From the human T2T-CHM13v2.0 reference genome, Homo sapiens, in assembly GCF_009914755.1 (NCBI RefSeq), contig NC_060944.1: DNA of 64,000 nucleotides; one strand, written 5' to 3'. This document shows, one piece after another, positions 41,121-53,935 of this stretch (the first letter of the stretch is position 1; every line of letters begins with the position of its first letter). Made by a program: the position numbers and the translations under genes. A model generated the notes under the pieces. That model saw only the letters and a list, made by a program, of their open reading frames with translations, was not told the DNA's origin and did no database searches.

Positions 41121-43635
41121 AGGTGTGTGTTTATTGGATGTGAGCGTGTGGGTGTGCAGGTGTGTGTTTATTGGCTGTGAGCGTGTGGGTGTGCAGGTGT
41201 GTGTTTATTGGATGTGAGTGTGTGGGTGTGCAGGTGTGTGTTTATTGGATGTGGGCGTCTGGGTGTGCAGGTGTGTGTTTATTGGATGTGGGTGTGTGGG
41301 TGTGCACGTGTGTGTTTATTGGATGTGTGTGGGTGGGTGTGCAGGTGTGTTTATTGGCTGTGAGCGTGTGGGTGTGCAGGTGTGTGTTTATTGGCTGTGA
41401 GCGTGTGGGTGTGCAGGTGTGTGTTTATTGGCTGTGAGCGTGTGGGTGTGCAGGTGTGTGTTTATTGGATGTGAGTGTGGCAGGTGTGCAGGTGTGTGTT
41501 TATTGGATGTGGGTGTGTGGGTGTGCAGGTGTGTGTTTATTGGATGTGGGTGTGGCGGGTGTGCAGGTGTGTGTTTATTGGATGTGGGTGTGTGGGTGTG
41601 TAGATGTGTGTTTATTGGATGTGAGCGTGTGGGTGTGTGGGTGTGTATGTGTGTGTTTATTGGATGTGAGCATGTGGGTGTGTTTGTGTGTGTTTATTGG
41701 ATGTGTGTGGGTGTGTAGGTGTGTGTTTATTGGATGTGAGTGTGTGGGTGTGTAGGTGTGTGTTTATTGGATGTGTGTGTGGATGTGCAGGTGTGTGTTT
41801 ATTGGATGTGAGTGTGTGGGTGTGCAGGTGTGTGTTTATTGGCTGTGAGCGTGTGGGTGTGCAGGTGTGTGTTTATTGGATGTGTGTGTGGATGTGCAGG
41901 TGTGTGTTTATTGGATGTGAGTGTGTGGGTGTGCAGGTGTGTGTTTATTGGATGTGTGTGGATGTGCAGGTGTGTGTTTATTGCATGTGAGTGTGTGGGT
42001 GTGCAGGTGTGTGTTTATTGGATGTGAGCGTGTGGGTGTGCAGGTGTGTGTTTATTGGATGTGTGTGTGGATGTGCAGGTGTGTGTTTATTGGATGTGAG
42101 CGTGTGGGTGTGCAGGTGTGTGTTTATTGGATGTGAGCGTGTGGGTGTGCAGGTGTGTGTTTATTGGATGTGAGTGTGTGGGTGTGCAGGTGTGTGTTTA
42201 TTGGATGTGGGCGTGTGGGTGTGCAGGTGTGTGTTTATTGGATGTGGGCGTGTGGGTGTGCACGTGTGTGTTTATTGGATGTGTGAGGGTGGGTGTGCAG
42301 GTGTGTGTTTATTGGCTGTGAGCGTGTGGGTGTGCAGGTGTGTGTTTATTGGATGTGAGCGTGTGGGTGTGCAGGTGTGTGTTTATTGGCTGTGAGCGTG
42401 TGGGTGTGCAGGTGTGTGTTTATTGGATGTGAGCGTGTGGGTGTGCAGGTGTGTGTTTATTGGATGTGAGCGTGTGGGTGTGCAGGTGTGTGTATTGGAT
42501 GTGTGTGTGGATGTGCAGGTGTGTGTTTATTGGATGTGTGTGTGGATGTGCAGGTGTGTGTTTATTGGATGTGAGTGTGTGGGTGTGCAGGTGTGTGTTT
42601 ATTGGCTGTGAGCGTGTGGGTGTGCAGGTGTGTGTTTATTGGATGTGAGTGTGTGGGTGTGCAGGTGTGTGTTTATTGGATGTGGGCGTGTGGGTGTGCA
42701 GGTGTGTGTTTATTGGCTGTGAGCGTGTGGGTGTGCAGGTGTGTGTTTATTGGATGTGGGCGTGTGGATGTGCAGGTGTGTGTTTATTGGCTGTGAGCGT
42801 GTGGGTGTGCAGGTGTGTGTTTATTGGATGTGGGCGTGTGGGTGTGCAGGTGTGTGTTTATTGGCTGTGAGCGTGTGGGTGTGCAGGTGTGTGTTTATTG
42901 GATGTGGGCGTGTGGGTGTGCACGTGTGTGTTTATGGGATGTGGGTGTGTGGGTGTGCACGTGTGTGTTTATGGGATGTGTGTGGGTGGGTGTGCAGGTG
43001 TGTGTTTATTGGCTGTGAGCGTGTGGGTGTGCAGGTGTGTGTTTATTGGCTGTGAGCGTGTGGGTGTGCAGGTGTGTGTTTATTGGATGTGGGTGTGGTG
43101 GGTGTGCAGGTGTGTGTTTATTGGATGTGGGTGTGTGGGTGTGTAGGTGTGTGTTTATTGGATGTGAGTGTGTGGGTGTGTAGGTGTGTGTTTATTGGAT
43201 GTGTGTGGGTGTGTAGGTGTGTGTTTATTGGATGTGAGTGTGTGGGTGTGTAGGTGTGTGTTTATTGGTTGTGTGTGTGGGTGTGCAGGTGTGTGTTTAT
43301 TGGATGTGAGTGTGTGGGTGTGTGGGTGTGTGTTTATTGGCTGTGAGCGTGTGGGTGTGCAGGTGTGTGTTTATTGGATGTGAGTGTGTGGGTGTGCAGG
43401 TGTGTGTTTATTGGATGTGGGTGTGGCGGGTGTGCAGGTGTGTGTTTATTGGATGTGGGTGTGTGGGTGTGTAGGTGTGTGTTTATTGGATGTGAGCGTG
43501 TGGGTGTGCAGGTGTGTGTTTATTGGATGTGGGTGTGGTGGGTGTGCAGGTGTGTGTTTATTGGATGTGGGCGTGTGGGTGTGTAGGTGTGTGTTTATTG
43601 GATGTGAGCGTGTGGGTGTGCAGGTGTGTGTTTAT
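41121..43635. repeat. GT-rich minisatellite/VNTR, 37-bp consensus GTGTGTGTTTATTGGATGTGAGCGTGTGGGTGTGCAG, ~68 units
   Basis: Manual count of ~68 units of 33-45 bp with recurring variant units. Confidence 0.98.
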
Positions 43636-44244
43636 GTGCATACAGGCCAATGTGGGTGTGAATGTGTGTATATGGGCCTGTGGGAGTTAGGGTATGTGAG
43701 TGTTTGGTGACGGGGAGGTAACTCTGAACATCACATTAATATGACTCATAACAATACCCAAAGCCTTTCCAGTGGTCCAGGGTCCCTACACAGTCTGTGG
43801 CTGCCCCACTTCCCTTCTGACCTTATGGTACCGCCTTCGCCTTCGTCCTCTCTCCTCCAGCCGCACGGGCTCCGTGGTGCTCCCTGAACACAGCAGGTTC
43901 ATCCCTGATGAGAGTCTCTCATGGCTTCCTCTCTCACCTTTTCCTGGCTCTGCTCTGTGTCATCTTACCAGAGCGCCCTGCTGCAGCCACTGCTGCCCTC
44001 CTCCGGAATTCCCCATCCTCCTTCCCTGGAGTGTGGCAGGACAGAAAGGCAGACCAGGAGGTGGGAGTGCGGGTGCTGACCAAAGTTGGTAACTTCAGTA
44101 GAATCTCACTGGCTTGACAAGATAACCCAGGTCACATAAAATTCTTTGCTGTTGGGAAGTCTTTTTAGAATGTTTGGCTAGAGGGGAGTTTAGAAATCAT
44201 CTAGTTTCATGCTTCTTTACTGATTTGTGATCATGAACTATCAT

Positions 44245-44620
44245 TCATCTTCTTTGGGTAACAAGTAACAAAAATATAAAACCTCAAACTGGCTGAAGCC
44301 AAAAAGTGTATTTGTTGGCTTATATAACTTCTGGGTAATGCATTTCCAGAAGTAGAACTAGCTTCAAGCTTGGCTGGACTCAGTGACTTAAACTGAATGC
44401 ATGTCCATCAGGACGGGTCCTTCTCCATCTCTCAACTGTTTGCCTTTGTATTGGCTTTAGACCTCTGGAGACCTTCTTTGCATGGTGGCCTTGAGTAGCA
44501 TTGGGCATTTATCCAATTAGCTTAGCAACCCGAGTTCATATCACTGCAGCAAATATTCTGAGACGACACTCATTGGCCTGGCTTGACACATCTGCTCACA
44601 CCAGAAAGATGGCTCCAGGC
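44245..44620 (-). mobile_element. Old MLT1-type LTR
   Basis: 'caagtaaca...ctcaaactggctgaagccaaaaag...ctcattggcctggctt'. Confidence 0.6.
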
Positions 44621-44909
44621 ACAGGGTATAGTGAGCAGCTGCTATTTTTGGAACCCAGCACACTTTCACCATATAGGAGAGCCCTAAGTTTCCTGCAGCA
44701 ATTTACCTCCCCAACTCGCAGTCCATAAGCTGACCAGGCAATCAGTGTCCCTGGCCCTAGTGACTGGTTCAGGGGAGTCCTATGGCTTCAGCCAAGCCAA
44801 TCAAGCCAATTCAGGGGAAACCATGGCTTTTGCTTTCCACACGAGCAAAGGTGTTAGAGTCTCTTCCTCTCTGGACTTGATGTTGTGAGGGTGTCAGGCC
44901 GAAGGTCAG

Positions 44910-45331
44910 TGCATTAGGCCATTCTTGCATTGCTATAAAGGAATACCTAAGGTGGGTAATTTATAAGAAAAGAAGTTTAATTGTCTCATGGTTCTGCAGA
45001 CTGTACGGGACGCATAGTGCCAGCATCTGCTTCTGGTGGGGCCTCAGGAAGCTTCCAATCATGGTGGAAGGTGAAGGGGGAGCAGGCATCTCACATGGCC
45101 ACATAGGGAACAAGAGAGAGAGCAAGAGGAGGGCCTGCATTCTTTCAAACAGTCAGATCTTTCGAGAACTCACTCACTATCATGAGGACAGCACGAAGGG
45201 GATGGTGCCAAACCATTCGTGAGAAACCCCGCACCCCATGGTCCAGTCACCTCCCGCCAGGCCCCACCTCCAACACTGGGGATTGCATTGCAACAGGAGA
45301 TTTGGGTGGGACAGACATCCAAATCATATCA
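44910..45331 (-). mobile_element. MSTB-like solo LTR
   Basis: TGCATTAGGCC...ATCATATCA; TSD GTCAG/GTGAG. Confidence 0.9.
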
Positions 45332-45490
45332 GTGAGTCAGTCATCTTGACACCACAAAGGAAAATCCCATGAGGGTCCCAGGGGAGGCGGCCCTGAAAGA
45401 TGAAATCATGTGAGCATTTGCAGCAAGTGGTACCTGGAGCCGGCCAATCCTTCTGAGCTTTTGCACTATAAAATCCAGTCAATCCCTACA

Positions 45491-45692
45491 GGGATGGAGA
45501 GTGGTTGTTGAATGGGTACAGCGTTTTTGTGTGGGATGATGAAACTGCATCCATCTGGAGATGGGTGGTGGTGATGGCTACACAATACCGTAGATGAACT
45601 TAGTACCACTGAAACAATTGTGCATTGAAAAATGGTTAAAACGGTAAATTTTATTATGTATATCTTACCACATTTTTTAAAACTACAAAAAA
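45491..45692 (+). mobile_element. L1MB 3' terminal fragment
   Basis: 'aatgggtacag...gggatgatgaaa...aaaatggttaaaacggtaaatttta'. Confidence 0.85.
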
Positions 45693-46639
45693 CTCTTAAT
45701 AAATTCCTCTTTTGTTTAAGTCTGTTTGAATTGTGGTTTTACTCTTACAACCACAAGTCCAGGTAACACTAAAGACATGACTTCAGCTTATTTATTTATT
45801 TTGTAAAAAATACCCAAGCATATTTAAATATATCTGCCCTGTGTCCTATCCCCTCATGGGTTCCACTGGCAACTAAAGAAACATCTGGACTAAGGTTTTG
45901 GCAGGCACCAATGCACTACTCTTTTCTGGGTAACACTTTTGTGTATTTGTAGAGACTTCTGGAAGGAGTGCTTCGAATCCTAAAGCGTGCCTCTAGTGGT
46001 AGTGCTGAGGCCCAGGCACATAGGAGGCTTTCCCACAAATCCACAGGTAGATTCACTCAGCAAACAAGCCCTCACTGACACCCCACCTGCACCTGGGAGT
46101 GGCGGGGCTCCTGCACACTGGCCAGCAGCCTCTGGGCATTCCCCATTCCATAGTAGAGGCTTCTCTTCCCCCTACAAGGAACCTGAGTGTGGCAGGGCCA
46201 GCCAGGCAAGTCCTACCCACCCACCCACTCTGCTTGGCCCTAAGCACCTAAAAATCCAACCAGATTTTTATCCCTCGGGCCAATCTCGTGTGATTTCCTG
46301 GTGACAGGTGCTGTCAGATCCTGAGGCCATGGTGGGGCAGGCAGTCGGGGCTCCCCTCCCGCCTCACCTTATCTGGCTCCCTTCCCTGCCTTCCAACCTC
46401 TAAATGGTTATTAACATTACAAGCAGCATTCCTGAGCCAGCTGTAGCCTCTCTGATCGGTCATTGATGCCATGATAGACAGAGGATCCTCCTCTCCCTTC
46501 AGGGGCTGGGACATATCTGCCCACGATCCCCCCCTCTCCAATGACCGAAGTTTTACATTATCTGCTAATTCACTCATTCATTTACTTGTTCATTCATTTA
46601 TTCATTGTGGCCCCTGCAGCCTCTCTCTGTCACCTCCCT

Positions 46640-47520
46640 CCTTCCTGCCCCTGCAAGCCCGCCCCCAGCCTTTGCCCTTGCTGTTCCCTCTGCCTAGAGC
46701 ACCCTTCCTTCAGAGCTTCCCATGGCTACCTGCTTCTCGTCCTTCAGCTCTGGGTCAGACGTCACCACCTCAGAGAAGGCCTTGTTGACCACCTTGTCTA
46801 AGATGCACTTTGCCCCTCAGACATCTAAATTTTCACTCTACTCATTTCCTCCATGGCATCAGCATTATCTGATCATTTTCTTGTCAGTTGCATCTGGCGT
46901 GCTTGTTGATGATCTGTCCACCCCAACCGGAGGAAAAAGAGTAAGAGGGGCCTGGATACTTCTATGTTTCTGGAGGTCAGAACCAGGTCCAGCTCCAAAC
47001 TGGTGTTTAGAAAATAATTGTTGAGTGTCTTTGGTTGGGTCTCCCCAGAAGCAGACCCTGAGACCGGGATTCAAGCTCAAGAAGTTTATTTGGGAGGTGC
47101 AGGAAATATCAGTATAGGAGAGGGCAAGTGATGTGGGGAAGGAAGGCAGCCCATGCAGGGTGCCATCAAGCAGCTGGAGCTTAGTCCCACTGGGGCCCTC
47201 TGGGTGACTCTGTAGCTGGGTGACACATCTCGAAGCTACCCCATCTGGGCAGTGAAATAGCTGGTGTATTTATTTTCAAACTCCCTCAGTCATGAGTGAC
47301 CACTCCGGGTTGCTCCCTGGAAAGGAGGAGGCATTCTTTCCAGGTGCTTCCTGACCTCCATAGGCACAGCAGGGCTCATCTCAGAGTCCTGTGAAAGCCC
47401 GCAGGCAAAGGGATGCAGGTGCTGCTGGCTAGAAGTCAGGCTGGGGTGCACTGGGGTAAAGACCAAGGGGGCACAGGTGGGAGCTGTCAATATCTGCCAG
47501 GTGAATAAACGAATGAATGA
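46640..47520 (+). mobile_element. L2 3' end, tail displaced by an LTR insertion
   Basis: L2 body to ~47024; GAAT tail at 47502-47520. Confidence 0.65.
47026..47500 (-). mobile_element. ERVL LTR (LTR16-like)
   Basis: 'tgtctttggttgggtctccccagaagcagaccctgaga...tttatttgggaggtg'. Confidence 0.65.
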
Positions 47521-47529
47521 ACAAATGCA

Positions 47530-47900
47530 GTCATTCATTCATTCCATCAGCCTGAATACCTACAACATAAAGTGTTGCCAATGGAGTGATGATTTAGATA
47601 CACACAGTTCTTGTCTTTATGGAGCTGGAAGTCTGAGAAGGGGAATGGGAGGAACAAGCAAGAAACAGAATCACAAATGTAATTGTTTAATTTCAATTGT
47701 GGCACGGGCTCGGGCTCCAAGATGAACAGGAGCTCTGAATGTTTGCAAGGTGGGTGCCTGAGGCTGGCCAGGATGGTAGGATCTCCCTGAGAAGGCCACA
47801 TTGAACCTGAGCCCTGGTGAATAACCTGGAGGGACAGCACCACAGACAGGAGGAACAGCATTACGGAGGCTCTGGGGAGAGAGGAGCGATCTGTTGGGGA
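47530..47900 (-). mobile_element. L2 3' end
   Basis: (CATT)n tail then reverse L2 body. Confidence 0.65.
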
Positions 47901-47919
47901 ATCACTGCAGGGGAGTACA

Positions 47920-48396
47920 TGTCTCTGCAGACTTCTGTTTCCAATTGCCTGCTCCACATCTCTACTAGACGTCTAATAAACATCTCAAATTAACACAGCT
48001 GAAAATAAATTATTAGTTTTCCACTTGCAGACTTGCTTCCCTTCCACATTTTCCCTGTCCCAGTCCATGGCACCTGCACTCTCCCCAGCTTCTCAAATGT
48101 CACCCTGTCAAGAAGATCCCTCTGACCACCCATAAGAACATGCAGTAAAGCCCCACCACAGCCTTCCATCTCCCCACCCTACTTTGCTTCTTCATGGCAC
48201 TGTCATCCCCTGACCAATTATCTGCTGTATTTATTGTTTGCCTCGCTGAGATGGAAGGTCCCTGAGAGATTGAATGGTGCTCTGTTCCCTATGACATCCC
48301 CAGCCCCTAGAACAGCCAGTAGGACATATAATTAATGTTCAATAAATGTTAGAATAAATGAACACATGAACAAAAACATGAATGAGTGAATGAATG
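47920..48396 (+). mobile_element. L2 fragments
   Basis: 'catctcaaattaaca...' through 'tcaataaatg' and GAAT tail. Confidence 0.7.
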
Positions 48397-48889
48397 ATTC
48401 AGTCTCTGCCAGATGTGAGCGAAGGAAGATGAGGGCTCCGTGTGATTCTGGAGCTCGGACCTGGGCATTGGAGTCCCGATGACTTTGGCCTGCCCTTGAG
48501 TTCTCACCTCCCAGCACACTGCCCAGCCTGCCTTCTCCAGCTGCTCTCATGCCTTCAGCCTCCCTCCATTTATTCCCTGAGCCCCTACACCCGCAGTGAC
48601 GTCTCCTCACCCCACAGGAAGGTCTCTCCTTCCTCCTTGGCCCAGCTTACATGCATGCCACCCAGCACAGGGACAAGGGAGGTAACACCAGCTCTACATC
48701 AGACAGGCCACGGCTGCATCTGAACTCTACCACTCGGGCACTGCACAGCCTTTAGCCCTGCGTGGACAGGTGGTTAAGGCGGCTTCTCTTGGTGCTCATG
48801 GCCCTTGCCATCCCTTTTTCTGCAGCGTGGGTGCAACCTGCAACCTGCTTCTAGGCGGTAGAATGCACCAAGTTGGTGGGAGGTGTGTG

Positions 48890-49142
48890 ACTGAGGGTTA
48901 TGGAGGTGCTTATGTGATGACGGTGCAGGAGATGTAGCACTGCACCTATTTTATGGGTCTCCCTCTCCCTGGCTGGTTTTGAAGAGATGAGCTGCAGTAA
49001 GGAGGCAGGTGTGCTGGGGAAGGCAGTTAGCGAGGAACGGTGCACCAACTCCTGACCAACAGAAACTGTGAGATCGTAGACAAGCGTTGTTCCAAGCTGC
49101 TAAATTTGTGGTGATTTGTTTGCAGCAGTCAATAACTAATAG
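48890..49142 (+). mobile_element. MLT1 LTR 3' part
   Basis: 'ctcctgacc...cagaaactgtgagat...aagctgctaaatttgtggtgatttgtt...taactaata'. Confidence 0.7.
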
Positions 49143-49246
49143 GGTTACCCACTTTTCAGAGCTGTCCTGAGGACGGAGGTAATATACATATATACATATG
49201 CATACGGACATACACGCATTACATTACGTATATAATATACATGTAG

Positions 49247-49536
<290 letters not shown>

Positions 49537-50186
49537 AATATACATGTACATACACATACACATGTACTGTATATATCACGATGCTTGGCTCAGTGCTTGG
49601 GGTGTAACAAATGTGTGTTGTCTCCCCCTCCCTTATCTTGCTTTTGGTTGCCATGATGAGTGGTGGCCATAACTGGAATTCAGTGGGCACTGACCAGAGA
49701 TGGTCAATGTCCTGCAATGCATGGACTGTCAGCACACTGACAAATTGTTTCATCCAAACGGCCAATGACAGCCCCATTGAGAAACCTATTGGTGGTTATA
49801 GTTAGATGATGTAAGCTGTAAATCCTCGTAATTGGGCACATGTACGGTGCAGGGTCTGAAAACAAACACACACGAGTGGACACCACTGCCAACCTCCCAT
49901 GAGGTGTGATGTTCCTCCGAGCCTCAGATGCCTTGGGTAGGTTTGTGTTGCGTAGATTCTGACAAAGTGAGGGTGCCCCTGACAATCTATTATTAATAAA
50001 TATAAATTAGGCTTAATTTCTTATTTATTAGATAAGAAATGTAAATCGAATTTTTGATATTTTCTTCCCGTGCCCCAAAGGACTATCTTGTGCTTCCCAG
50101 TTTGGGGGCCACAACTTTGGTACAGAAGTTATTCATCATAGCAGTTAGTAGAGACACAATTATATCATTTAACAAGATTTCTAGAG

Positions 50187-50401
50187 CGGTGGTCCCCAAC
50201 CAGGTATGATTTGCCACACCAAGGGATGTTTGACAAAGTCTGGAGATATTTTTGTTATTGTCATGAGTGAAATGTGGGTGCTACTGGCATCTAGTGGGTA
50301 GAAACCAGAGATACTGCTCAACATTCTACGATGAAGAAAACAGCTTCCCACAACAATTATCTGGTCCAAAATGTCAATAGTGCTGAGGTTGAGAAACCTT
50401 G
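50187..50401 (+). mobile_element. MER20
   Basis: 'gtctggagatattttt...gctactggcatctagtgggtaga...caaaatgtcaatagtgctgaggttgagaaacc'. Confidence 0.92.
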
Positions 50402-50452
50402 GTCTAAATGGAAGCAGTTTCAGGGTTGATTCAGTAGCTCAGCAATGTATAG

Positions 50453-50767
<315 letters not shown>

Positions 50768-50769
50768 CT

Positions 50770-51140
50770 GAGTGCCTCTTTGATTCTTTTGGGGTTTCTC
50801 CTCCTGGTTGCAATATGGTTGTCACAGCTCCAGACATCACACTCATCATTCCAAACAAACAAAAAAAAATCTGGCTTTCTGTCTCCTTTTTTCTCCCCTT
50901 CTCCTTCTCCCTTTCCCTCTTTCTCTCTCAGAGAAAAATATGGCGAGTGACACATGCTGGGTCACATATTCACCCCTAGTCTAATCACTGTCCAAGAAAG
51001 ACTGAGTGGCTCAGATTGGCTGGGATTGACTGACTCACCTCAAGGGTCTAGATTCAGTACCTGGGAACAAAAATCAGGATTATATGAGCAAAGAAGAGGG
51101 AATGGCTGTTGGGTAGTCAACTTGACCAACAGTGTCTGAC
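50770..51140 (-). mobile_element. Old MLT1 LTR fragment
   Basis: 'atggttgtcacagctccagacatcaca...gggtcacat...aatcactg...gattggc'. Confidence 0.55.
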
Positions 51141-51899
51141 ATTGAGAATTATTTCCTTTTTCTCTTCTTATGGTTTCTACCAACAAAACAAATCAGATGA
51201 ATAAAAAAATTCCTTGCTCTTCCAATTACTTCCCACCCCAAAATCCACCTTTGCTGATCTGACTCCACTTCTTCAGCTTGCTGGAGAAAAGAGGAAAAGT
51301 CTTTCCACTGTCCCCCATCAGATTGCATTGGGTGCTTGGTGTGCTTTGGAACCCAGGTCAATAGGATTCCCCTTCCAGTGTCCCTTTAAAAAACCCAGGC
51401 CCCCTCTCCTTCCCACCAGAAGTCTCTTGCTGGTCCTGCAGACCTAAGCTGCTTATAGCAGCAGCGAACATCCAAGTTCACTAAAGAGGCCTGACCCCAG
51501 CAAGGCAGGTGGGAGTTAAGCAACCTGAGCTGGTCCACAAATGCCAGACAGCTGTGCACATCTTTGGGGCGGAGACGAAAAACAGATACTTAACGTATCT
51601 GGTTAGAAATGAGGATTTTCTGGTTTGGTTATGCCTGTCATTTCGAATGTGTCTCTTCTAATATTTACAGCATCTATGCACCTGACCTTGTCAGTTTCAC
51701 CACTGAGAAGCAACATGGTAAACCATCCTCAGAGTATGACCCAGAGGCTTGGGGGTGTTCTCTGCCCAGCCTCAATCCCTCTTAAGCCTTTGTCGGGGGA
51801 CAAGTCTGGGTGAAGATGTTTATGCAGATAAAGGTTTGCCAAGCTGCAGATAACCCTTCCCATTTAGAGAAACTGCTCTCTTGATTCAGCCTTCCTCTG

Positions 51900-53090
51900 T
51901 ATTCGCCCCCAAACCTAGGATATCTGACCAGTACCCAGTTCCATAATCTCAAGGCGATTCTTATTTCCTTTCTTTCCCTCATACCTCACATCTTTCTAGC
52001 AGTAAACCCTGTGGGTTCTTCATTAAAAATATATCGACTAGGCACAGTGGTCCATGCCTGTAATCCCAGCACTTTGGGAGGCCAAGGTGAGAGGATCACT
52101 TGAACCTGGGAGTTCAAGACCAGCCTAGGCCACATAGCAAAACCCTGTCTCTACAAAAAAAAATTTAAAATTAACTGGGTGGGGTAGCACACACCTGTAG
52201 TCCCACCTACTTGGGAGGCTGAGGTGGGAGGATCACTTGAACCCAGGGGGTCAAGGCTGCAGTGAGCTATGATTGCCACTGCCCTCCATCCTGGGCAACA
52301 GAGCAAGACCCTGTCTCAAAAAAATAAGAAAAGAAAGAAAAGTAAAATTAAAAAAATAAAATATATCTATCTCATCCACTTTTCAGCACCTTCATGGCCA
52401 CTGCTCTTATCTAAGCCACCATCATTTCTAAATTAGTGCAATTGCCTCTTCACTGGTCTTGTTTCTGGTCTTGCCACCTTTTCAAGCCACTCTCCATACA
52501 GCAGCCAGAGGGATCTGCTAAAATAGAAATCAGATCAGGGCCCTAACCTGCTTCAAATCCACCAATGATGAATCGTTGTGTTTAGGAGAAAATCCGAATT
52601 CCTGGCAATGGCCTCTCGAGCCCTGTACTGCCTGGTTCCAGGGGGTCTTACTAACCTCACCTCCTGCCTCCTGCCTCTCTCTCAGCCCACTCCAGTCACA
52701 TGGGCTCCCACCTCCTCTCCCTAATCGCTGCAAATTCAGTCCCACCTCACAGCTGCAGAATTTGCCGCCTCCTCCCTCACCCAGGAACCCTCTGTCCTCA
52801 GACCTTGTCATGGCTTACTCCTCGTCATTCATATCTTTGCTCAAATGCCACCTTCTCAAAGGCTTCCTGAGCACTCCTGTCAACGTAGCCAGCCCACCCT
52901 ATCAGCCACCCTGGCACCATCCTGTTCTATTTTCTTCATTTCTTTACTTGACTACCACTTTCCTCCCCTTATACAATGTTTTGTCTGTGAGAACAGGCAC
53001 CATTTCTAACTTATATGATGCTGTATTCTCAGCACCTAGAATGATACTCGGCACATAGCAGGTGCTCAATAAATTGTCCTCAAATTAATG
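51900..53090 (+). mobile_element. L2 split by an AluJ
   Basis: Long L2 body ending 'ggcacatagcaggtgctcaataaa'. Confidence 0.85.
52036..52357 (+). mobile_element. AluJ
   Basis: 10-bp TSD AAAATATATC. Confidence 0.95.
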
Positions 53091-53679
53091 AAGCTCATTA
53101 GTGGCCCCTTCACCCAGGAGTCATCCCAACCTCCCCAGCCCCTGGGACTTCTGTCCTCTCTGGGTTCCCATCACCCTGACCATCCCTGAGCCAGCTCTGA
53201 GGAGAGGAGAACGCTCTGGGAATGCCTGCCTCCTCAGCTAGACGCCAGACTCATCAAAGATGGAGCCTGACGTAGATCCTGCTGTCTCCCCCACAGCATG
53301 AGTGCTGGATATGCAGCAGATGTAGAACACTGCCTCAGCATCAAAACACACCTGGCACAAAGGAAGGCTCAGCTCTTCACTCCATGTGAACTCAAAGACA
53401 TCACAGCGTCTATCAAACTGTGCAGCATCTCTGACACTATCCTTCCATTTCTAGGACTTTATCCCATGGAAATATTCACTTAAGTGTGAGGAAAAGATGC
53501 ATATAGAGGGTGTTTCCTACTGCATTGTCTGTCCTGGGGGAAAATTGGAACCTACCTAAAAGCTAAATTGTAAGGGAATGGCTACACTTGCCGTAGTCTT
53601 CCCAGTATTGTGAGATACTATGTGGCAATTTAAAATCATCAGAGGGCTGTATGGGCTGACTTTCACGTTCTTGGATACT

Positions 53680-53900
53680 TTGTTATTTATTGAGCACCTA
53701 CTATGTGCCAGGCAGTGTTCTAAATATTTGGGACTTAACAGGGAACAAAGAAGACAAAAATATCTGCTAGAGTCAAGGAAGACAAACAAAAAACTTAAAG
53801 AAATAACATGCCAGATGGTTGATAAGTGCTGTGGAGAAAAGGAAAACAGGAAAGGGGGAAAGGGAGGGTATCAGGTGGAGATGAGGGTCTTGGGAACAGT
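53680..53900 (-). mobile_element. L2 3' end
   Basis: 'tatttattgagcacctactatgtgccaggca'. Confidence 0.85.
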
Positions 53901-53935
53901 GGGGAGCAGGGTTTGGGCTTCCAGGGGTGACGGAT

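Larger units (their letters stand above)
44710..45770 (+). mobile_element. Old MLT1 LTR containing nested MSTB and L1MB insertions
   Basis: 'tgactggttcagggg...agccaatca' resumes as 'cagtcatcttgac' and 'aataaattcctcttttgtttaag'. Confidence 0.6.

Noticed and set aside
41121-43635. CRISPR array or interstitial telomere
   Set aside because: Head-to-tail units with no unique spacers, no cas genes, eukaryotic context, and no TTAGGG; the resemblance to yeast TG1-3 is compositional.
41162-43710. Cys/Val-rich ORFs resembling metallothionein or keratin-associated proteins
   Set aside because: Artefacts of translating a GT-rich 37-bp repeat whose unit is not a multiple of 3.
45984-46002. Reverse CTCF motif (CCACTAGAGGCAC); weaker reverse matches at ~4699 and ~23838
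   Set aside because: The core is one base short or mismatched at informative positions.
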